A stretch of DNA of 64,000 nucleotides from Dehalococcoidia bacterium (GCA_965197645.1 OZ240219.1:320001-384000); one strand, 5' to 3'; shown: positions 18,754 to 30,358, counted from the first letter of the stretch. Made by a program: numbers and translations. The notes: generated from the letters alone by a model not told the origin.

Positions 18754-20346
18754 CTAACGCTCTCTCCTCATCACCCGCCCCACCTTCTTCCCGTTGTACC
18801 GTCCCTCGTCGACCACAATCTGGCCGTTTACCAGCACGTACTCGATCCCCTCGGGATATCGTCTCGGGTCTTCCATGGACGATGTGTCTCTGACATCATC
18901 CAGGTTGAACAGCACCAGGTCCGCATCGGCGCCCTTGCGAACTACCCCCTTGCCTGAGAGCCCCATGGTCTGAGCGGGATAGGAGGTCATCTTCCTGACC
19001 GCCTCCTCCAGGCTGATGAGCTTCTCGTCCCTTACGTACTGGCCCAGCACTCTGGGGTAGGTTCCGTACTGGCCCGGGGGTGGCTTGCCATCGGAGTAGC
19101 CCATGGCGTCCGTCTCCAGCATGGTCAGCGGATGGGAAAGCGCCGTGCGAAAGTCCTCTTCTACTCCGTAGGGGCCGTACATGCTCACCTGGCACTGCTC
19201 CTCCAGTACCAGGTCCATCACCGCCTCCGAGGGGTCGACGCCCCGCTCCTCACTCACCTCCACGAGGGACATACCCTCCAGCGGCTTGTTCGCCTGGGTC
19301 ATTACCCTGCTGATGTAAACGTCGCTCCATCTCTCATCCAGGGGTTGGCCCAACTCATCCACCGAATCCCCGGACATCTCCTCCCTGATCCGGCGGCGGG
19401 TATCCGGGTCCTGCAATCGCCGGTACAGGTCGTCCAGGGTTCCCTCGCTGACCCAGTGAGGCAGAAGCACCCGCAGAGTGGTCCCCGCCGAGGTGAAGAT
19501 ATCGGTGGTGACGTCCAGCCCCTCTTCCCGGGCCTGGTCCATCGCCGCCAGCGCGCTTTCGAGCAGGCCCGCCGTACCGACGCGAGGCGTGACGATATGG
19601 GAGACGACCACTGGAATCTCGGCCTGCCGGCCCACCTCGAAGCTCTCGTCCAGGGCCTGGAGCACCTCTTCCGAATAGCTGCGCATGTGGGTGGCGTACA
19701 GTCCGCCGTTTCTCCCGGCCACGCTGGCCAGATCGATGATCTCCGGCGTGGCGGCGTAGGCGCCGGGCGCGTATGCGAGGCCCACCGAGAACCCGAAGGC
19801 CCCGGCATCCATCGCCTCCTGCACATAGGCGCGCATCTGCTCCAGCTCGGATGGGGACGGGTCACGAACGTCGAAACCCATGGCGGCTATGCGCACCGTC
19901 CCATGCCCGACCAAGGGCACGAAGTTGGTGGGGATTTCGAAGCCTGACAGCGCCTCCAGGTACTCGGCGAAGGTGCGCCACTCCCAGGAGAGCACACCTT
20001 GTTCGGGCGATTCGAAGGCCACAAAAGTCTTCAGCAGATCAAGGCGGTCCGGGTGCACCGGCGCCGCCGTTTCGCCGCAGTTCCCGCCGACCTCGGTGGT
20101 AATACCCTGCCTGAGCTTGAAGTCCCGGGGGTTGGACTCGTCCAGGATGGTGAAATCGGCGTGGCAGTGAACGTCGATGAAGCCGGGCGCCAGGTGGAGC
20201 CCCTGGGCATCGATCACCCTCTCGGCCTCCGCCGACACCTGCCCGATGGCGGCGATGGCATCGCCCTGGACGGCTACGTCCCCTGGGAACGGGGGCGCAC
20301 CCGTGCCATCGATTATCAGGGCATTGCGGATCAGGACGCTATACAA
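18754..20346 (-). CDS. N-acyl-D-amino-acid deacylase (D-aminoacylase)
   Basis: PGFIDVHCH, GNCG, GHGTVR, THMRS, YPRVLGQYVR, ADLVLF. Confidence 0.9.
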   Translation of the reverse strand: MYSVLIRNALIIDGTGAPPFPGDVAVQGDAIAAIGQVSAEAERVIDAQGLHLAPGFIDVHCHADFTILDESNPRDFKLRQGITTEVGGNCGETAAPVHPDRLDLLKTFVAFESPEQGVLSWEWRTFAEYLEALSGFEIPTNFVPLVGHGTVRIAAMGFDVRDPSPSELEQMRAYVQEAMDAGAFGFSVGLAYAPGAYAATPEIIDLASVAGRNGGLYATHMRSYSEEVLQALDESFEVGRQAEIPVVVSHIVTPRVGTAGLLESALAAMDQAREEGLDVTTDIFTSAGTTLRVLLPHWVSEGTLDDLYRRLQDPDTRRRIREEMSGDSVDELGQPLDERWSDVYISRVMTQANKPLEGMSLVEVSEERGVDPSEAVMDLVLEEQCQVSMYGPYGVEEDFRTALSHPLTMLETDAMGYSDGKPPPGQYGTYPRVLGQYVRDEKLISLEEAVRKMTSYPAQTMGLSGKGVVRKGADADLVLFNLDDVRDTSSMEDPRRYPEGIEYVLVNGQIVVDEGRYNGKKVGRVMRRER

Positions 20347-20396
20347 AACTCTAGCCTGCTCCTTGGTGGCCCCGGCCTGCTCCCCGTTGCTGGCTG

Positions 20397-21281
20397 CTAG
20401 TTTCCGTCCCTCTTTTCGCCGTCCTTCTGAGAGTCCGCGGCCATGTTGACAAAGGGTTTCAGAATGCCGGTGAACTCCATGGGGAAGATGAACTTGGTCG
20501 AGGGGCTGGAGCCGAGCTGCTTCAACGTATCGAAGTACTGGAGGCTCATGGTCTTAGCATCGACGTTCTGGGCGACCTCATAGACCTTGTTCAGAGCGTT
20601 ACTGAAACCCTCGGCGTTGAGAATGGCTGCTTGACGCTCGCCTTCGGCGGTGAGAATCGCCGCCTGTCTATTGCCCTCTGCGCTCAGAATCGCCGCTTGC
20701 TTTTCACCCTCGGCAACGGTTATGTTCGCCTGCCGGCTGCCATCGGCCTCGGTGACCACCGCCCTTCGTTCCCGCTCGGCCGCCATCTGCCGGTTCATAG
20801 CGTTCTGGATATCGGTTGGGGGATCGATCTCCCTGATCTCGACAGCGGTGACCTTGACGCCCCAGCGCTCTGTCACTTCGTCCAATTTCACTCGAAGAAT
20901 CTGATTGATCTCTTCCCTTTTGGCCAGAACGTCGTCCAGCGGGATGTCGCCTATGACGGCACGCAGAGTAGTAGTGGCCATTCCTACTATCGCCGCCCGG
21001 AAGTCCTGCACCTCCAGGACCGAGCGTTCGGCCTGCGCTTCCATAACCTTATAGTAGATGAGGAAGTCGATGCCAATTGGGGCGTTGTCCTTGGTGATGT
21101 TGGTCTGGCGGGCCACGTCTATGACGTTTTCCCTCAGATCAACCTTCTGAAAGCTGTCCAGGAAAGGCACCAGCAGCTTGAGGCCGGCGTCCTTCATTCC
21201 AATGTACTTCCCGAGCCTAAAGGTCACCATCCGCTCATACTGTCTTACGATAGCAAAGGGGAATATCACGGGCGTCGTCAT
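20397..21281 (-). CDS. SPFH/band 7 (stomatin/QmcA-like) protein
   Basis: QYER..FRLG, ITKDNA, TTLRAVIG, WGVKVTAVEI, AERERRA, repeated AEGxxQAAIL. Confidence 0.92.
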   Translation of the reverse strand: MTTPVIFPFAIVRQYERMVTFRLGKYIGMKDAGLKLLVPFLDSFQKVDLRENVIDVARQTNITKDNAPIGIDFLIYYKVMEAQAERSVLEVQDFRAAIVGMATTTLRAVIGDIPLDDVLAKREEINQILRVKLDEVTERWGVKVTAVEIREIDPPTDIQNAMNRQMAAERERRAVVTEADGSRQANITVAEGEKQAAILSAEGNRQAAILTAEGERQAAILNAEGFSNALNKVYEVAQNVDAKTMSLQYFDTLKQLGSSPSTKFIFPMEFTGILKPFVNMAADSQKDGEKRDGN

Positions 21282-21299
21282 TACAGGCCTCCTTTTACG

Positions 21300-22631
21300 C
21301 TACACCTTCCGCACTTTTACCGTTAGACCCACTATCTCCACCACCTCCACGTCTTCGCCACTGGGGATGACCTGTTCCTCTTCGGAAACGGCGCTCCATT
21401 CCTCACTCGCCACTTGCACCGTGCCGGTGGGGTCCAGGTCCGTTGTCACTCGCCCCTTCTGTCCCACAAGGACCGTTAGAGAACTGACATACTTGATCTT
21501 TCGGGACCGGACTACCGCCGTCACTACAACTAGGGCGAACAGGGCCATTATACCCGAGAGGATGCCCACCAGCCAAAGGCTGATCTTGATCACCGGCGCA
21601 CCTGGAAAGTCCGGCTCGCCCACCGAGAACAACAACAGTGCTCCCAGGATGAAAGCGACCACCCCCGCCAGCCCAAGGAACCCCAGGCCCGGCACCTGTA
21701 TCTCGAAGAAGATGAGCACCGCCGCCAGGGCCAGCAGCGCAATGCCAGCCCAGTTGAAGGGCAGGGTGCCCAGCGCTACCAGCCCGATGATCAGCGCGAT
21801 AGCCCCCGAAACGCCGGGCACTATCAGGCCCGGATGAAGTATCTCAAAGAATATACCCAGGGTGCCTATGGTCAGCAGGATGCCTATTACGTTGGGGTTG
21901 CCGACGAAGGACAGGAATTTCTCGGCCAGGTTCATGTCCAAGTCTCTTACGACGATCCCCTCGGTGTTCAGCGTCACGATACCGGATGCTGTTTCCGCCT
22001 CCCTGCCATGCAGCTGGTGCAACAGGTCGTCGACGCTGGTAGCGATGAAGTCCACCACGTTCTGCTCCACGGCTTCGATGGCGGAGAACGCCTTGGCCTC
22101 GGTCACGGTGCTGATGAGGAGCTCCTTGTTGCGGCCCCGCTTGTCTGCGATCCCCTCGACCATGGCTACGGCTATGTTCGTTGCCTTTTCGGAGAGGGTT
22201 TCGGGCAGGTCCTCACCCCCCGCCCCCACCGGCGAGGCCGCCCCGATGGAGGAGCTTTCGGACATTACGGCAAAGTTGGCCGCTGTGGTCACGAAGGTCC
22301 CAGCCGATGCAGCCAAGGCCCCGGCCGGATATACGTATACCGCCGTCGGCACGTCGGCGGTTAGGAGCGTTGACACAATCTTTTCAGTAGAGGAGAGAAG
22401 CCCGCCCGGCGTATCCAACAGGATGACGACCACCTCCGCCCCATCATTCTCAGCCTCCTCGACGCCCCGCCCTATGTAGCGTTGGGATATAGGCTCGATG
22501 GCCCCGTCTACAGTGAGAATGAAGGCCTCCCTGCCTTCGCTTTGGGCGTACGCCGAAGACGCAAGTCCCAGGAGGCCGAGACACAGCAAAGTTATGGATA
22601 TCGCCAGTCTGACCCGCCTGCCGCCAATCAT
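21300..22631 (-). CDS. nfeD: NfeD membrane-bound serine protease (ClpP-like, TM and OB domains)
   Basis: LDTPGG, AASAG, IGAASPV; TM region; C-terminal GTVQVASEEWSA; directly upstream of the SPFH gene. Confidence 0.93.
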   Translation of the reverse strand: MIGGRRVRLAISITLLCLGLLGLASSAYAQSEGREAFILTVDGAIEPISQRYIGRGVEEAENDGAEVVVILLDTPGGLLSSTEKIVSTLLTADVPTAVYVYPAGALAASAGTFVTTAANFAVMSESSSIGAASPVGAGGEDLPETLSEKATNIAVAMVEGIADKRGRNKELLISTVTEAKAFSAIEAVEQNVVDFIATSVDDLLHQLHGREAETASGIVTLNTEGIVVRDLDMNLAEKFLSFVGNPNVIGILLTIGTLGIFFEILHPGLIVPGVSGAIALIIGLVALGTLPFNWAGIALLALAAVLIFFEIQVPGLGFLGLAGVVAFILGALLLFSVGEPDFPGAPVIKISLWLVGILSGIMALFALVVVTAVVRSRKIKYVSSLTVLVGQKGRVTTDLDPTGTVQVASEEWSAVSEEEQVIPSGEDVEVVEIVGLTVKVRKV

Positions 22632-22850
22632 ATGTCAATTATACCTTGCCCAACCAGAATGCCCATTCTCTCTGGATTGTCCAGGCACGATTTAGCTTTG
22701 ACTCAGGCATGGAGATATGGTAGGATGAGATAAGCGTTTGAAGGCCACATTTCTACATATCCGGTCCTCCACCTCGTCCCTTGCAGACGATGCAGGTTTC
22801 GTCGGCCCTTACGCTGAATTCCGCGGCAGCTCCGTCTCTCCCTATCGTTC

Positions 22851-23534
22851 ATGACCGTAATAGGCATATCCACGTCCAGCAGGGCCAAAGTACGTCGGTA
22901 TAGACACGTTGTCGAAAAATTGGGCGCGGACCCCCTGCCCCTGAGACCCCACCCCAAGCCTGACATCGACCGGGTGCTGAACGAAGTGGACGGCCTGATT
23001 CTATCCGGCGGCGAGGACATAGACCCAATCTATTACAATGACCCGCCGGAAAACTCCAGCCCGGACCAGGAGCGGGACGCCTTCGAGATACCCCTGGTGA
23101 CGACAGCCCTGGAACGGGACATGCCAATCTTCGGCATCTGCCGGGGGATGGAAGCGCTCAACGTGGTGCTGGGGGGTAAGCTGATACAGAACATCTCCGG
23201 GCACCGCACCCACGATAGGATCGAGTCAGAGTACCACGACGTCTACGTAGCCCCCGGCAGCAGGCTGGGCCGAATTCTCGGCGGCGGACCGGTCATGAAG
23301 GTCAACAGCCGTCATCGCCAGGGGTTCAACCACGCCATCAAAGCGCCGGGGCTCCTCGCTTCCTGCTACGTCCTTGATGGAGACCTGATCGAAGGTGTCG
23401 AAGCGCCCGAGTACTCCTGGGTCGTCGCCGTGCAATGGCACCCGGAGCGAGAGGACGAGGTCCCGGCCCGCAACATGAACCTGTTCCAAGGTCTTATAGA
23501 AGCCGCCGAACGTATGGCCGCTACGGCCCGCTAG
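22851..23534 (+). CDS. Peptidase C26 / gamma-glutamyl-GABA hydrolase (PuuD-like) glutamine amidotransferase
   Basis: LILSGGEDIDP, RDAFE, GICRG, VQWHPE. Confidence 0.88.
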   Translation: MTVIGISTSSRAKVRRYRHVVEKLGADPLPLRPHPKPDIDRVLNEVDGLILSGGEDIDPIYYNDPPENSSPDQERDAFEIPLVTTALERDMPIFGICRGMEALNVVLGGKLIQNISGHRTHDRIESEYHDVYVAPGSRLGRILGGGPVMKVNSRHRQGFNHAIKAPGLLASCYVLDGDLIEGVEAPEYSWVVAVQWHPEREDEVPARNMNLFQGLIEAAERMAATAR

Positions 23535-23543
23535 CGAGAGATT

Positions 23544-26021
23544 ATGGTCACCAACATCGGGAAGATCAGGCCGGTAAAGATAGAAGAGGAGATGCGAGGG
23601 TCCTACCTGGACTACGCCATGAGCGTAATCGTGGCCCGGGCCCTGCCGGACGTCCGAGACGGACTCAAGCCGGTGCACCGTCGCATCCTCTACGCCATGG
23701 ACGAGCTGGGCATCCAGCCGGACAGCCCCTACAAGAAGAGTGCCCGAATAGTGGGCGAGGTGATGGGTAAGTACCACCCCCACGGCGACTCGCCCATATA
23801 CGATGCCATGGTGCGGATGGCCCAGCCCTTCTCCATGCGCTACATGCTGGTGGACGGCCAGGGCAACTTCGGCAGTGTCGACAACGACCCACCGGCCGCC
23901 ATGCGCTATACCGAGGCTCGGCTAACTGCCATTTCCACCGAGCTCCTCGCCGATATAGACCAGGACACCGTAGATTTCAACCCGAACTTCGATGACAGCC
24001 TGCGGGAGCCATCGGTCCTGCCGGCTCGAATCCCCAACCTGCTGATAAACGGCAGCTCGGGAATCGCCGTGGGCATGGCCACCAGCATACCTCCCCACAA
24101 CCTGGGCGAGGTCATCGACGCTATCGGCCGCCTAATCGATAACCCCGATACCTCCATAGAAGAGCTGATGGAGATAGTGCATGGGCCCGATTATCCCACC
24201 AAGGCGGTCATCTGGGGCAAGGAGGGGATCCGCAACGCCTATACCACCGGCCACGGCAAGGTGGTCACCAGGGCAAGAGCGGAGATCCAGGAGATCTCCA
24301 AGGGCGGCAAAAGCCAGATAGTAGTATCTGAGCTGCCCTACCAGGTCAACAAGGCCAACTTGATAGAAAAGATCGCCGATCTGGCACGGGATAGACGAGT
24401 AGAGGGCATCACAGAGGTCCGTGACGAATCGGACCGGGAGGGCATACGCATAGTCATAGAGATAAAGCGGGACCAGTATCCGGAGCAGGTGCTAAACAAC
24501 CTGTACCTCAACACCTCTATGCAATCGGCCTACTTCGTAAACATGCTGGCCCTCGTGGACGGGGCCCCGCGGGTGCTGAATCTCAAGACCGCCCTGCAAC
24601 ACTTCATCGATTTCCGCCGCGAGGTCATCGTCCGGCGCTCCCGCTATCAGCTCAAGAAGGCCCAGGAGCGCGCCCACATCCTCGAGGGTCTCAAGATCGC
24701 CCTGGACCGGCTCGATGCGATAATCGCCACCATCCGGCAGTCCCCCAGCGTAGAAGATGCTCGCAACAACCTGATGCACCTGTTCAACCTGACCCAGGTA
24801 CAGTCCCAGGCCATCCTGGACATGCAGCTGCGCCGCATCGCCGCCCTGGAGCGGGAGAAGATAAACGACGAGTACACCGATACCATCAAGAGGATCAATT
24901 ACCTGGAGGACCTGCTGGCCAGTCCACGCAAGGTGATGTTCCTCATCAAGGACGAGATGCTGGAGATCAAGGCCAAATATTCCGACGCTCGCAGCACCGA
25001 GATAACAGACGAGGAGCCTACGGCCTTCTCCAAGGAGGACCTGGTAGCCCACGAGGAGACGGTGGTTACCCTCAGCCACCAGGACTACATCAAGCGCATG
25101 CCCCGGGACACCTACAAGGTCCAACGTAGAGGCGGTAGAGGCGTAGCCGGGATGGAGACCCGGGAGGCCGACGCCGTACAGCACCTCATAGTGGCCGATA
25201 CCCATGATACCCTACTCTTCTTCAGCAGTCGCGGCCGGGTCACACCCCTGAAGTGCTATGATATTCCTCCCGCTCTATCCCGCACGGCGAAGGGGATATC
25301 CATCAATAATCTTCTCTCCCTGGAAGAGGGCGAGCAGATAACCGCCCTGATCAACTTCCAGGACTACGAGACCGACAAGTTCTTCGTTATGGCAACCCGA
25401 AAGGGACAGATCAAGAAGACGCCCCTCGAGGGATTCGTCAACATCCGGGGCAACGGCCTCAACGCCTTCAAACTGGACAGGGGAGACGATCTGGTGTCCG
25501 TGGTTCTCGCCGGGGACGAAGATGAATATGTCATAGTCACGGAACAAGGTCAGTCCCTAAGGGCCAAGGTCGAAGCTCTTCGCAGCGCCTCCAGGTACAG
25601 CGGCGGCGTCCGGGGCATCAAGCTGGTCGGGAGTGACAGGCTGATCGCCATGGCTAACGTTATACCAGACCACCATCTCCTCACCATATCGATCAATGGC
25701 TTCGGGAAACTTACGCCGCTGCGGTCCTATCACACCCAGGCCAGGGGAGGTCAAGGGGTGATAACCTTCCGGGTGAACCCCAAGACGGGCCCTCTAATCT
25801 CCGCCCGGGTCGTTAGCCGCGACCAGGAGTTGATAGTGGTCTCCACCCACGGAATCCTCTCTCGAATCAATCTGAAAGAGATATCCGTACAAGGGAGAAT
25901 CACCCAGGGCGTAACCATCAAGAAGCTGGACACCGGAGACTCGGTAGCGGCCATAGCCACAGCCAACGGCCACATCGATGTCCCCTCAGACGACCAGCCC
26001 AAAGGCAAGGGCAAGGCCTAG
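23544..26021 (+). CDS. gyrA: DNA gyrase subunit A
   Basis: [27 protein letters not shown], GyrA-box QRRGGRG. Confidence 0.98.
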   Translation: MVTNIGKIRPVKIEEEMRGSYLDYAMSVIVARALPDVRDGLKPVHRRILYAMDELGIQPDSPYKKSARIVGEVMGKYHPHGDSPIYDAMVRMAQPFSMRYMLVDGQGNFGSVDNDPPAAMRYTEARLTAISTELLADIDQDTVDFNPNFDDSLREPSVLPARIPNLLINGSSGIAVGMATSIPPHNLGEVIDAIGRLIDNPDTSIEELMEIVHGPDYPTKAVIWGKEGIRNAYTTGHGKVVTRARAEIQEISKGGKSQIVVSELPYQVNKANLIEKIADLARDRRVEGITEVRDESDREGIRIVIEIKRDQYPEQVLNNLYLNTSMQSAYFVNMLALVDGAPRVLNLKTALQHFIDFRREVIVRRSRYQLKKAQERAHILEGLKIALDRLDAIIATIRQSPSVEDARNNLMHLFNLTQVQSQAILDMQLRRIAALEREKINDEYTDTIKRINYLEDLLASPRKVMFLIKDEMLEIKAKYSDARSTEITDEEPTAFSKEDLVAHEETVVTLSHQDYIKRMPRDTYKVQRRGGRGVAGMETREADAVQHLIVADTHDTLLFFSSRGRVTPLKCYDIPPALSRTAKGISINNLLSLEEGEQITALINFQDYETDKFFVMATRKGQIKKTPLEGFVNIRGNGLNAFKLDRGDDLVSVVLAGDEDEYVIVTEQGQSLRAKVEALRSASRYSGGVRGIKLVGSDRLIAMANVIPDHHLLTISINGFGKLTPLRSYHTQARGGQGVITFRVNPKTGPLISARVVSRDQELIVVSTHGILSRINLKEISVQGRITQGVTIKKLDTGDSVAAIATANGHIDVPSDDQPKGKGKA

Positions 26022-26087
26022 CAGGGCGGCCGAGTATCCCTTTCGGCCATCCGGTGTTACCCTCGCAACTGCCACAGGAGGATGTTC

Positions 26088-26777
26088 ATGAAATTGGTAT
26101 TTGTCCACGGCTCCGGCGGCTCGGAAACGGATTTCTACTATCAGACCCGCTACTTCGAGGACTCGGAGGCCGTCAACCTTCCAGGCCACCCCGACGGCGC
26201 GGCCTGCCAGTCGATTCCCGAGTACGTCCAGTGGCTCCGCGGCTACTTCTTCGGCCGGGGATACGAGGATATCGTTCTGTCCGGCCACTCCATGGGAGGC
26301 GGCATAGTCCTCTACTATGCCCTGATGCATCCCGGCGAGCTGAAGGCCATAATCCCCATAGGCAGCGGGGCAAGGTTAAGGGTGCATCCGACATACCTGG
26401 CCGAGCTTCACGACGGCATCACCAACCGGCAGGCCTGGGAACAGGAGCACCGCGAGCAGACCTACGACGAGGACCCAGAGGTGAATCGGCTGATGCTGGA
26501 TGCAATGTTACGAGTCGGGCCGGCCGTGGCATACACCGACATGTTGGCCTGCGACAACTTTGATCTGATAGGACGCATGAAGGAGATAAGACTGCCCACC
26601 CTGGCATTTTGCGGCAGCGACGACGAAATGACTCCTCCTCTCTACACCAACTACCTGGGCGAGAACATACCAAACTGCAAGACCCTCGTCATCGAGGGGG
26701 CCGGCCACAGCGTCATGTCGGAGAAGCCTAAGGAGACCAACCGCGCAATAGAGGAGTTCCTGACCTCGCTGGCCTAG
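26088..26777 (+). CDS. Alpha/beta fold hydrolase
   Basis: FVHGSGG, GHSMGG, GSDD, AGH catalytic triad. Confidence 0.9.
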   Translation: MKLVFVHGSGGSETDFYYQTRYFEDSEAVNLPGHPDGAACQSIPEYVQWLRGYFFGRGYEDIVLSGHSMGGGIVLYYALMHPGELKAIIPIGSGARLRVHPTYLAELHDGITNRQAWEQEHREQTYDEDPEVNRLMLDAMLRVGPAVAYTDMLACDNFDLIGRMKEIRLPTLAFCGSDDEMTPPLYTNYLGENIPNCKTLVIEGAGHSVMSEKPKETNRAIEEFLTSLA

Positions 26778-26839
26778 TCCCGAGCCGGGAAGGCCGGTCA
26801 ACGGGTTGGTTTATTGCTCATCACCCGTGTTTGTGATTA

Positions 26840-26869
26840 TTGACACTACTAGGTAGGCTTGGTTAGAAT
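26840..26869 (+). promoter_or_regulatory. Sigma70-type promoter of rplU-rpmA-rpmE
   Basis: TTGACA (26840) - 18 nt - TAGAAT (26864), 8 nt before the ATG. Confidence 0.7.
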
Positions 26870-26877
26870 GTCTTGAA

Positions 26878-27264
26878 ATGACCAAAGACGAAGACTACGC
26901 AATCGTGATGTCCGGCGGGAAGCAGCACCGGGTCTCGGTGGGCGATACCGTAAGAGTAGAGCGACTGCCCCAGGAGCCTGGAGCAGCCGTCGATCTCAAC
27001 GAGGTACTGCTGGTCTCTCGGAAGGGTGATGTGAGACTTGGCGCTCCGCTGGTACCCGGAGCCAAAGTAAAGGCGAAGGTGGTCGACCATGGCCGGGACG
27101 ACAAGGTCACAGTCTTCAAGTACAAGAGCAAGGTGAGGTATCGCCGCAAGACCGGCCACCGGCAGCACTACACGGACCTGGCCATCGAAAGGATCAACGT
27201 CGGCCGCAGCCAGTCTAAGAGGTCCGTCAAGGCGAAGTCCGAGGAAGCGAAAGAGGACGAGTAA
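26878..27264 (+). CDS. rplU: 50S ribosomal protein L21
   Basis: [30 protein letters not shown]. Confidence 0.97.
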   Translation: MTKDEDYAIVMSGGKQHRVSVGDTVRVERLPQEPGAAVDLNEVLLVSRKGDVRLGAPLVPGAKVKAKVVDHGRDDKVTVFKYKSKVRYRRKTGHRQHYTDLAIERINVGRSQSKRSVKAKSEEAKEDE

Positions 27265-27518
27265 TGGCTCACAAAAAGGGTGGAGGCAGCAGCCGCAACG
27301 GTCGGGATAGCCAGTCCAAGCGGCTCGGCGTCAAACGATACGGTGGCGAGTTGGTCACGGCGGGTACCATCATCGTGCGTCAACGGGGCACGCGAATACA
27401 TCCCGGCAGCAACGTGGGGTTGGGCCGGGACCACACCCTGTTCGCCCTGCTGGACGGCAAGGTGCAGTTCGAGCGGGCATCCAAAGAGCGCAAGAAGGTT
27501 AGCGTGTACCCCGGCTAA
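27264..27518 (+). CDS. rpmA: 50S ribosomal protein L27
   Basis: [24 protein letters not shown]. Confidence 0.98.
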   Translation: MAHKKGGGSSRNGRDSQSKRLGVKRYGGELVTAGTIIVRQRGTRIHPGSNVGLGRDHTLFALLDGKVQFERASKERKKVSVYPG

Positions 27519-27528
27519 GGAACCACCC

Positions 27529-27732
27529 ATGAAGACTAAGATACATCCCAAGTACCATAGAGCTAAGGTTACCTGCGGAAGCTGTGGCACCACCTTCGAG
27601 ACCGGCTCCACCAGGGAAGAGTTACGCGTGGAGCTGTGCAGCAAATGCCACCCCTACTTCACCGGGGAGCAGCGGATTGTGGACAGCGGCGGCAGAGTGG
27701 AGCAGTTCAAGAAGCGCTACGGACTGGAGTAA
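27529..27732 (+). CDS. rpmE: 50S ribosomal protein L31 (Zn-binding type)
   Basis: [35 protein letters not shown]. Confidence 0.97.
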   Translation: MKTKIHPKYHRAKVTCGSCGTTFETGSTREELRVELCSKCHPYFTGEQRIVDSGGRVEQFKKRYGLE

Positions 27733-27752
27733 CTTACGAATATCCGAGAGTC

Positions 27753-27784
27753 ACGAGGGAGCACGAGGCTCCCTCGTTTGGTTT
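27753..27784 (+). terminator. Probable terminator after rpmE
   Basis: acgagggagc-acgag-gctccctcgt followed by ttggttt. Confidence 0.55.
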
Positions 27785-27792
27785 AGGGGACA

Positions 27793-28746
27793 ATGCCTCA
27801 GAAGAGCTTCTACGGCGGCCAGGCAATCATCGAAGGGGTGATGATCCGCGGCAAGGAGAACATCTCCATAGCCGTCCGCTGCCCGGACGAGCACATAGAC
27901 CTCCACGTAGAGCCTATTCGGAGCATCTTCGGCGGCCCCCTCCGGAAAATCCCCTTGATACGGGGGTTCCTCGTCCTGCTGGAGGTCCTCATCATCGGTA
28001 CCCGGGCATTGATCAGGTCGGCCAGGCTCTCGTTGGAAGAGGACCCGGACGAGTCCTACTCCCTGGTCCTTTGGGCCACGGTGGCCGCGGGCCTGGTCAT
28101 AGGCGTTGGCATATTCTTCGTATTCCCCGTGTTCGTTCAGGAGTGGCTCGACTCCTACGTAGAGTCATCGGTGCAGCTGAACCTCATCGAGGGCGGCTTG
28201 AGGCTGGGCCTGTTCCTGGGCTATCTGAGGCTTATAGGCTTCATGGGAGATGTGCGAAGGGTCTTCCAGTATCACGGCGCCGAGCACATGTCCATCCACG
28301 CCTATGAGCACGGCGAGAGCCTGGACACGGATTCGGTACGCAAATACACCACCCTCCATCCCAGATGCGGCACCGCTTTCCTCCTGGTGGTAGTGGTGGT
28401 GGCGATAGTCGTCTTCGTTCTGCTGGGGCACCCGCCGCTATGGCTTCGCATCGTATCTCGAATCGTCCTGCTGCCCGTCGTCGCAGGCATCGCCTACGAG
28501 ATCATCCGCTTCCACGGAGCCCACACTGACAACCGGATTCTGAAGGTACTGCTGTCTCCCGGCCTTGCCCTCCAGAAGCTTACCACTCGCCGGCCCGACG
28601 ACTCCCAGATAGAGGTCGCCATAACGGCGCTGAATGGCGCCCTTGAGGCCGATGGCGTAGCTCCCACCGCAACGCCTGAGCAGGGGGCCGTCGATTCGTC
28701 CAGCCCATCCTCGATAGGGGCCAAAGGCTCCAACCCCGCCGACTGA
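27793..28746 (+). CDS. DUF1385 (YqhQ-like) membrane protein
   Basis: GGQAIIEGVM, FQYHGAEH, HPRCGTAF, LQKLTT; typical position after rpmE. Confidence 0.92.
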   Translation: MPQKSFYGGQAIIEGVMIRGKENISIAVRCPDEHIDLHVEPIRSIFGGPLRKIPLIRGFLVLLEVLIIGTRALIRSARLSLEEDPDESYSLVLWATVAAGLVIGVGIFFVFPVFVQEWLDSYVESSVQLNLIEGGLRLGLFLGYLRLIGFMGDVRRVFQYHGAEHMSIHAYEHGESLDTDSVRKYTTLHPRCGTAFLLVVVVVAIVVFVLLGHPPLWLRIVSRIVLLPVVAGIAYEIIRFHGAHTDNRILKVLLSPGLALQKLTTRRPDDSQIEVAITALNGALEADGVAPTATPEQGAVDSSSPSSIGAKGSNPAD

Positions 28747-28760
28747 GTCCCGTTCCTACA

Positions 28761-28947
28761 CGGGCCTCTCACGGTCAGGTTTGTAACTGAGTAGACATCC
28801 ATGGCCCCCGCAGCCGGCCAGCGAGCCTCCGATGTTAGTAGCAGGTTGAATAACCGGACCCTGAGCGATCGTTAAGTGACGAGCGCCCCCCTGGACTGAT
28901 TCACCGGACGATTCTTCCCAGTTCCGGGCCGTTGGCACGACGGCCTG
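28761..28947 (+). ncRNA. ssrS: Probable 6S RNA (SsrS)
   Basis: 187 nt; ends pair (cgggcc/ggcctg, acggtc/ggccgt, aactg/cagtt) to form a rod; blocks resembling 6S (CTGAGTAGACAT, GCGAGCC, GCGCCCCCCTG); no credible ORF. Confidence 0.6.
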
Positions 28948-29562
28948 CTAACGTCTGCGGGACCTCAGCTCCTCCCAAACGTCCTCGGGGGTGAGGTCGC
29001 AGGCGGCCAGCAGTACCATGGTGTGAAACCAGAGATCGGCAATCTCTCGTGTGGTCTGTTCCGCGTCGCCTTCCACCGCGGCTATGGCCGATTCCCCCGC
29101 CTCCTCGATGACCTTCTTTCCCACCCGGCCGGGACCCTCGGACAGGAGCTTGGCCACGTAGCTGTCCTCCGGTTTCTCCGCCTTTCGCTGCTGGATTATC
29201 TGAAATAGCTCGTCCAAGACGGGCGATGCCTTTCTCTCGAAGTCCACCTGGTCCTCGGCGGGCATAGACCGGAAGAAGCAGCTCTCCTCCCCGGTGTGAC
29301 AGGCGGGGCCCAAGGGATCGGCCCTGATCAGTATGGTATCGCCATCACAGTCAATGGACAGACTCTTGACGTTGAGGTAGTTGCCCGACGTCGCCCCCTT
29401 GTGCCACAGCTCCTGCCGGCTCCTGCTGTAGAACCACGCCTGCCCCGTTTCGATGGTCTTTCCGATCGACTCTTGGTTCATATACGCCAGCATGAGGACC
29501 CTTCCCGTAGCATCGTCCTGAACTATGGCCGGCACCAGACCCTTCTCATCCAGCTTGATCAT
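28948..29562 (-). CDS. hisIE: Bifunctional phosphoribosyl-AMP cyclohydrolase / phosphoribosyl-ATP pyrophosphatase
   Basis: [30 protein letters not shown]. Confidence 0.97.
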   Translation of the reverse strand: MIKLDEKGLVPAIVQDDATGRVLMLAYMNQESIGKTIETGQAWFYSRSRQELWHKGATSGNYLNVKSLSIDCDGDTILIRADPLGPACHTGEESCFFRSMPAEDQVDFERKASPVLDELFQIIQQRKAEKPEDSYVAKLLSEGPGRVGKKVIEEAGESAIAAVEGDAEQTTREIADLWFHTMVLLAACDLTPEDVWEELRSRRR

Positions 29563-30358
29563 CTACTGCCTCTCTCGTCGCGACCCGCCGTACGGGAACG
29601 CCGCGCTTCTCCAGATAGTCTTTGGTATCCGATATCGTGTAGGTACCGTAGTGGAAGATGCTGGCGGCCAGGGCCGCGTCGGCCCTACCCTCGACCAGCG
29701 CTCGGCACATATGCTCGGGAGTCCCGGCGCCTCCGCTGGCCACCACCGGCACCGTTACCGAATCCGCCAGCGCCTGCAACAGCTCCAGATCGTAGCCCTC
29801 TCTAGTGCCGTCGGCATCGATGCTGTTGGCCACTATCTCCCCCGCACCAAGCTCCTGCGCCATGAGGGACCACTCAATGGCGTCCAGGCTGGTCTGCTTA
29901 CCTCCGCCTTTCCCCGTCCGTATGCGCACTTCCCACTGCAACGGATCGCTGCCCGGTATCCTCAACGCGTCCAGCCCGAGAACGATGCACTGGCTCCCAA
30001 ACTGCTCAGCACCTTGCTTGATAAGATCAGGATTTTCCACAGCGGCCGTGTTTATGGACACCTTGTCGGACCCAGCCTGCAGCATCTGGTTCATATCGTC
30101 GATGGTCCGCAGCCCGCCGCCAACGGTCAGAGGAATGAAGACCCGCTCCGCCACCCGGGAGACCACGTCGAGCATTATGGCCCGGCCGTCGGAGGAGGCC
30201 GTAATATCGTAGAAGACCAGCTCGTCGCACCCCTGCCGGTCGTATTCGCCGGCGAGCTCAACGGGGTCGCCCGCGTCCCGATGGTCGAGGAACTTCACCC
30301 CCTTGACCACCCTGCCGCCTTTGACGTCCAGGCAGGGGATTATCCGTTTAGTAAGCAC
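29546..30358 (-). CDS. hisF: Imidazole glycerol phosphate synthase cyclase subunit
   Basis: [33 protein letters not shown]. Confidence 0.98.
   Translation of the reverse strand: MLTKRIIPCLDVKGGRVVKGVKFLDHRDAGDPVELAGEYDRQGCDELVFYDITASSDGRAIMLDVVSRVAERVFIPLTVGGGLRTIDDMNQMLQAGSDKVSINTAAVENPDLIKQGAEQFGSQCIVLGLDALRIPGSDPLQWEVRIRTGKGGGKQTSLDAIEWSLMAQELGAGEIVANSIDADGTREGYDLELLQALADSVTVPVVASGGAGTPEHMCRALVEGRADAALAASIFHYGTYTISDTKDYLEKRGVPVRRVATREAVDDQAG

Noticed and set aside
20640-20760. Short tandem-like DNA repeats in the SPFH gene
   Set aside because: They encode the normal AEGxxQAAIL coiled-coil repeats of this family
23544-26021. ParC identity or quinolone-resistance allele
   Set aside because: GyrA-box is present and the QRDR reads HGDSPIYD with wild-type Ser and Asp
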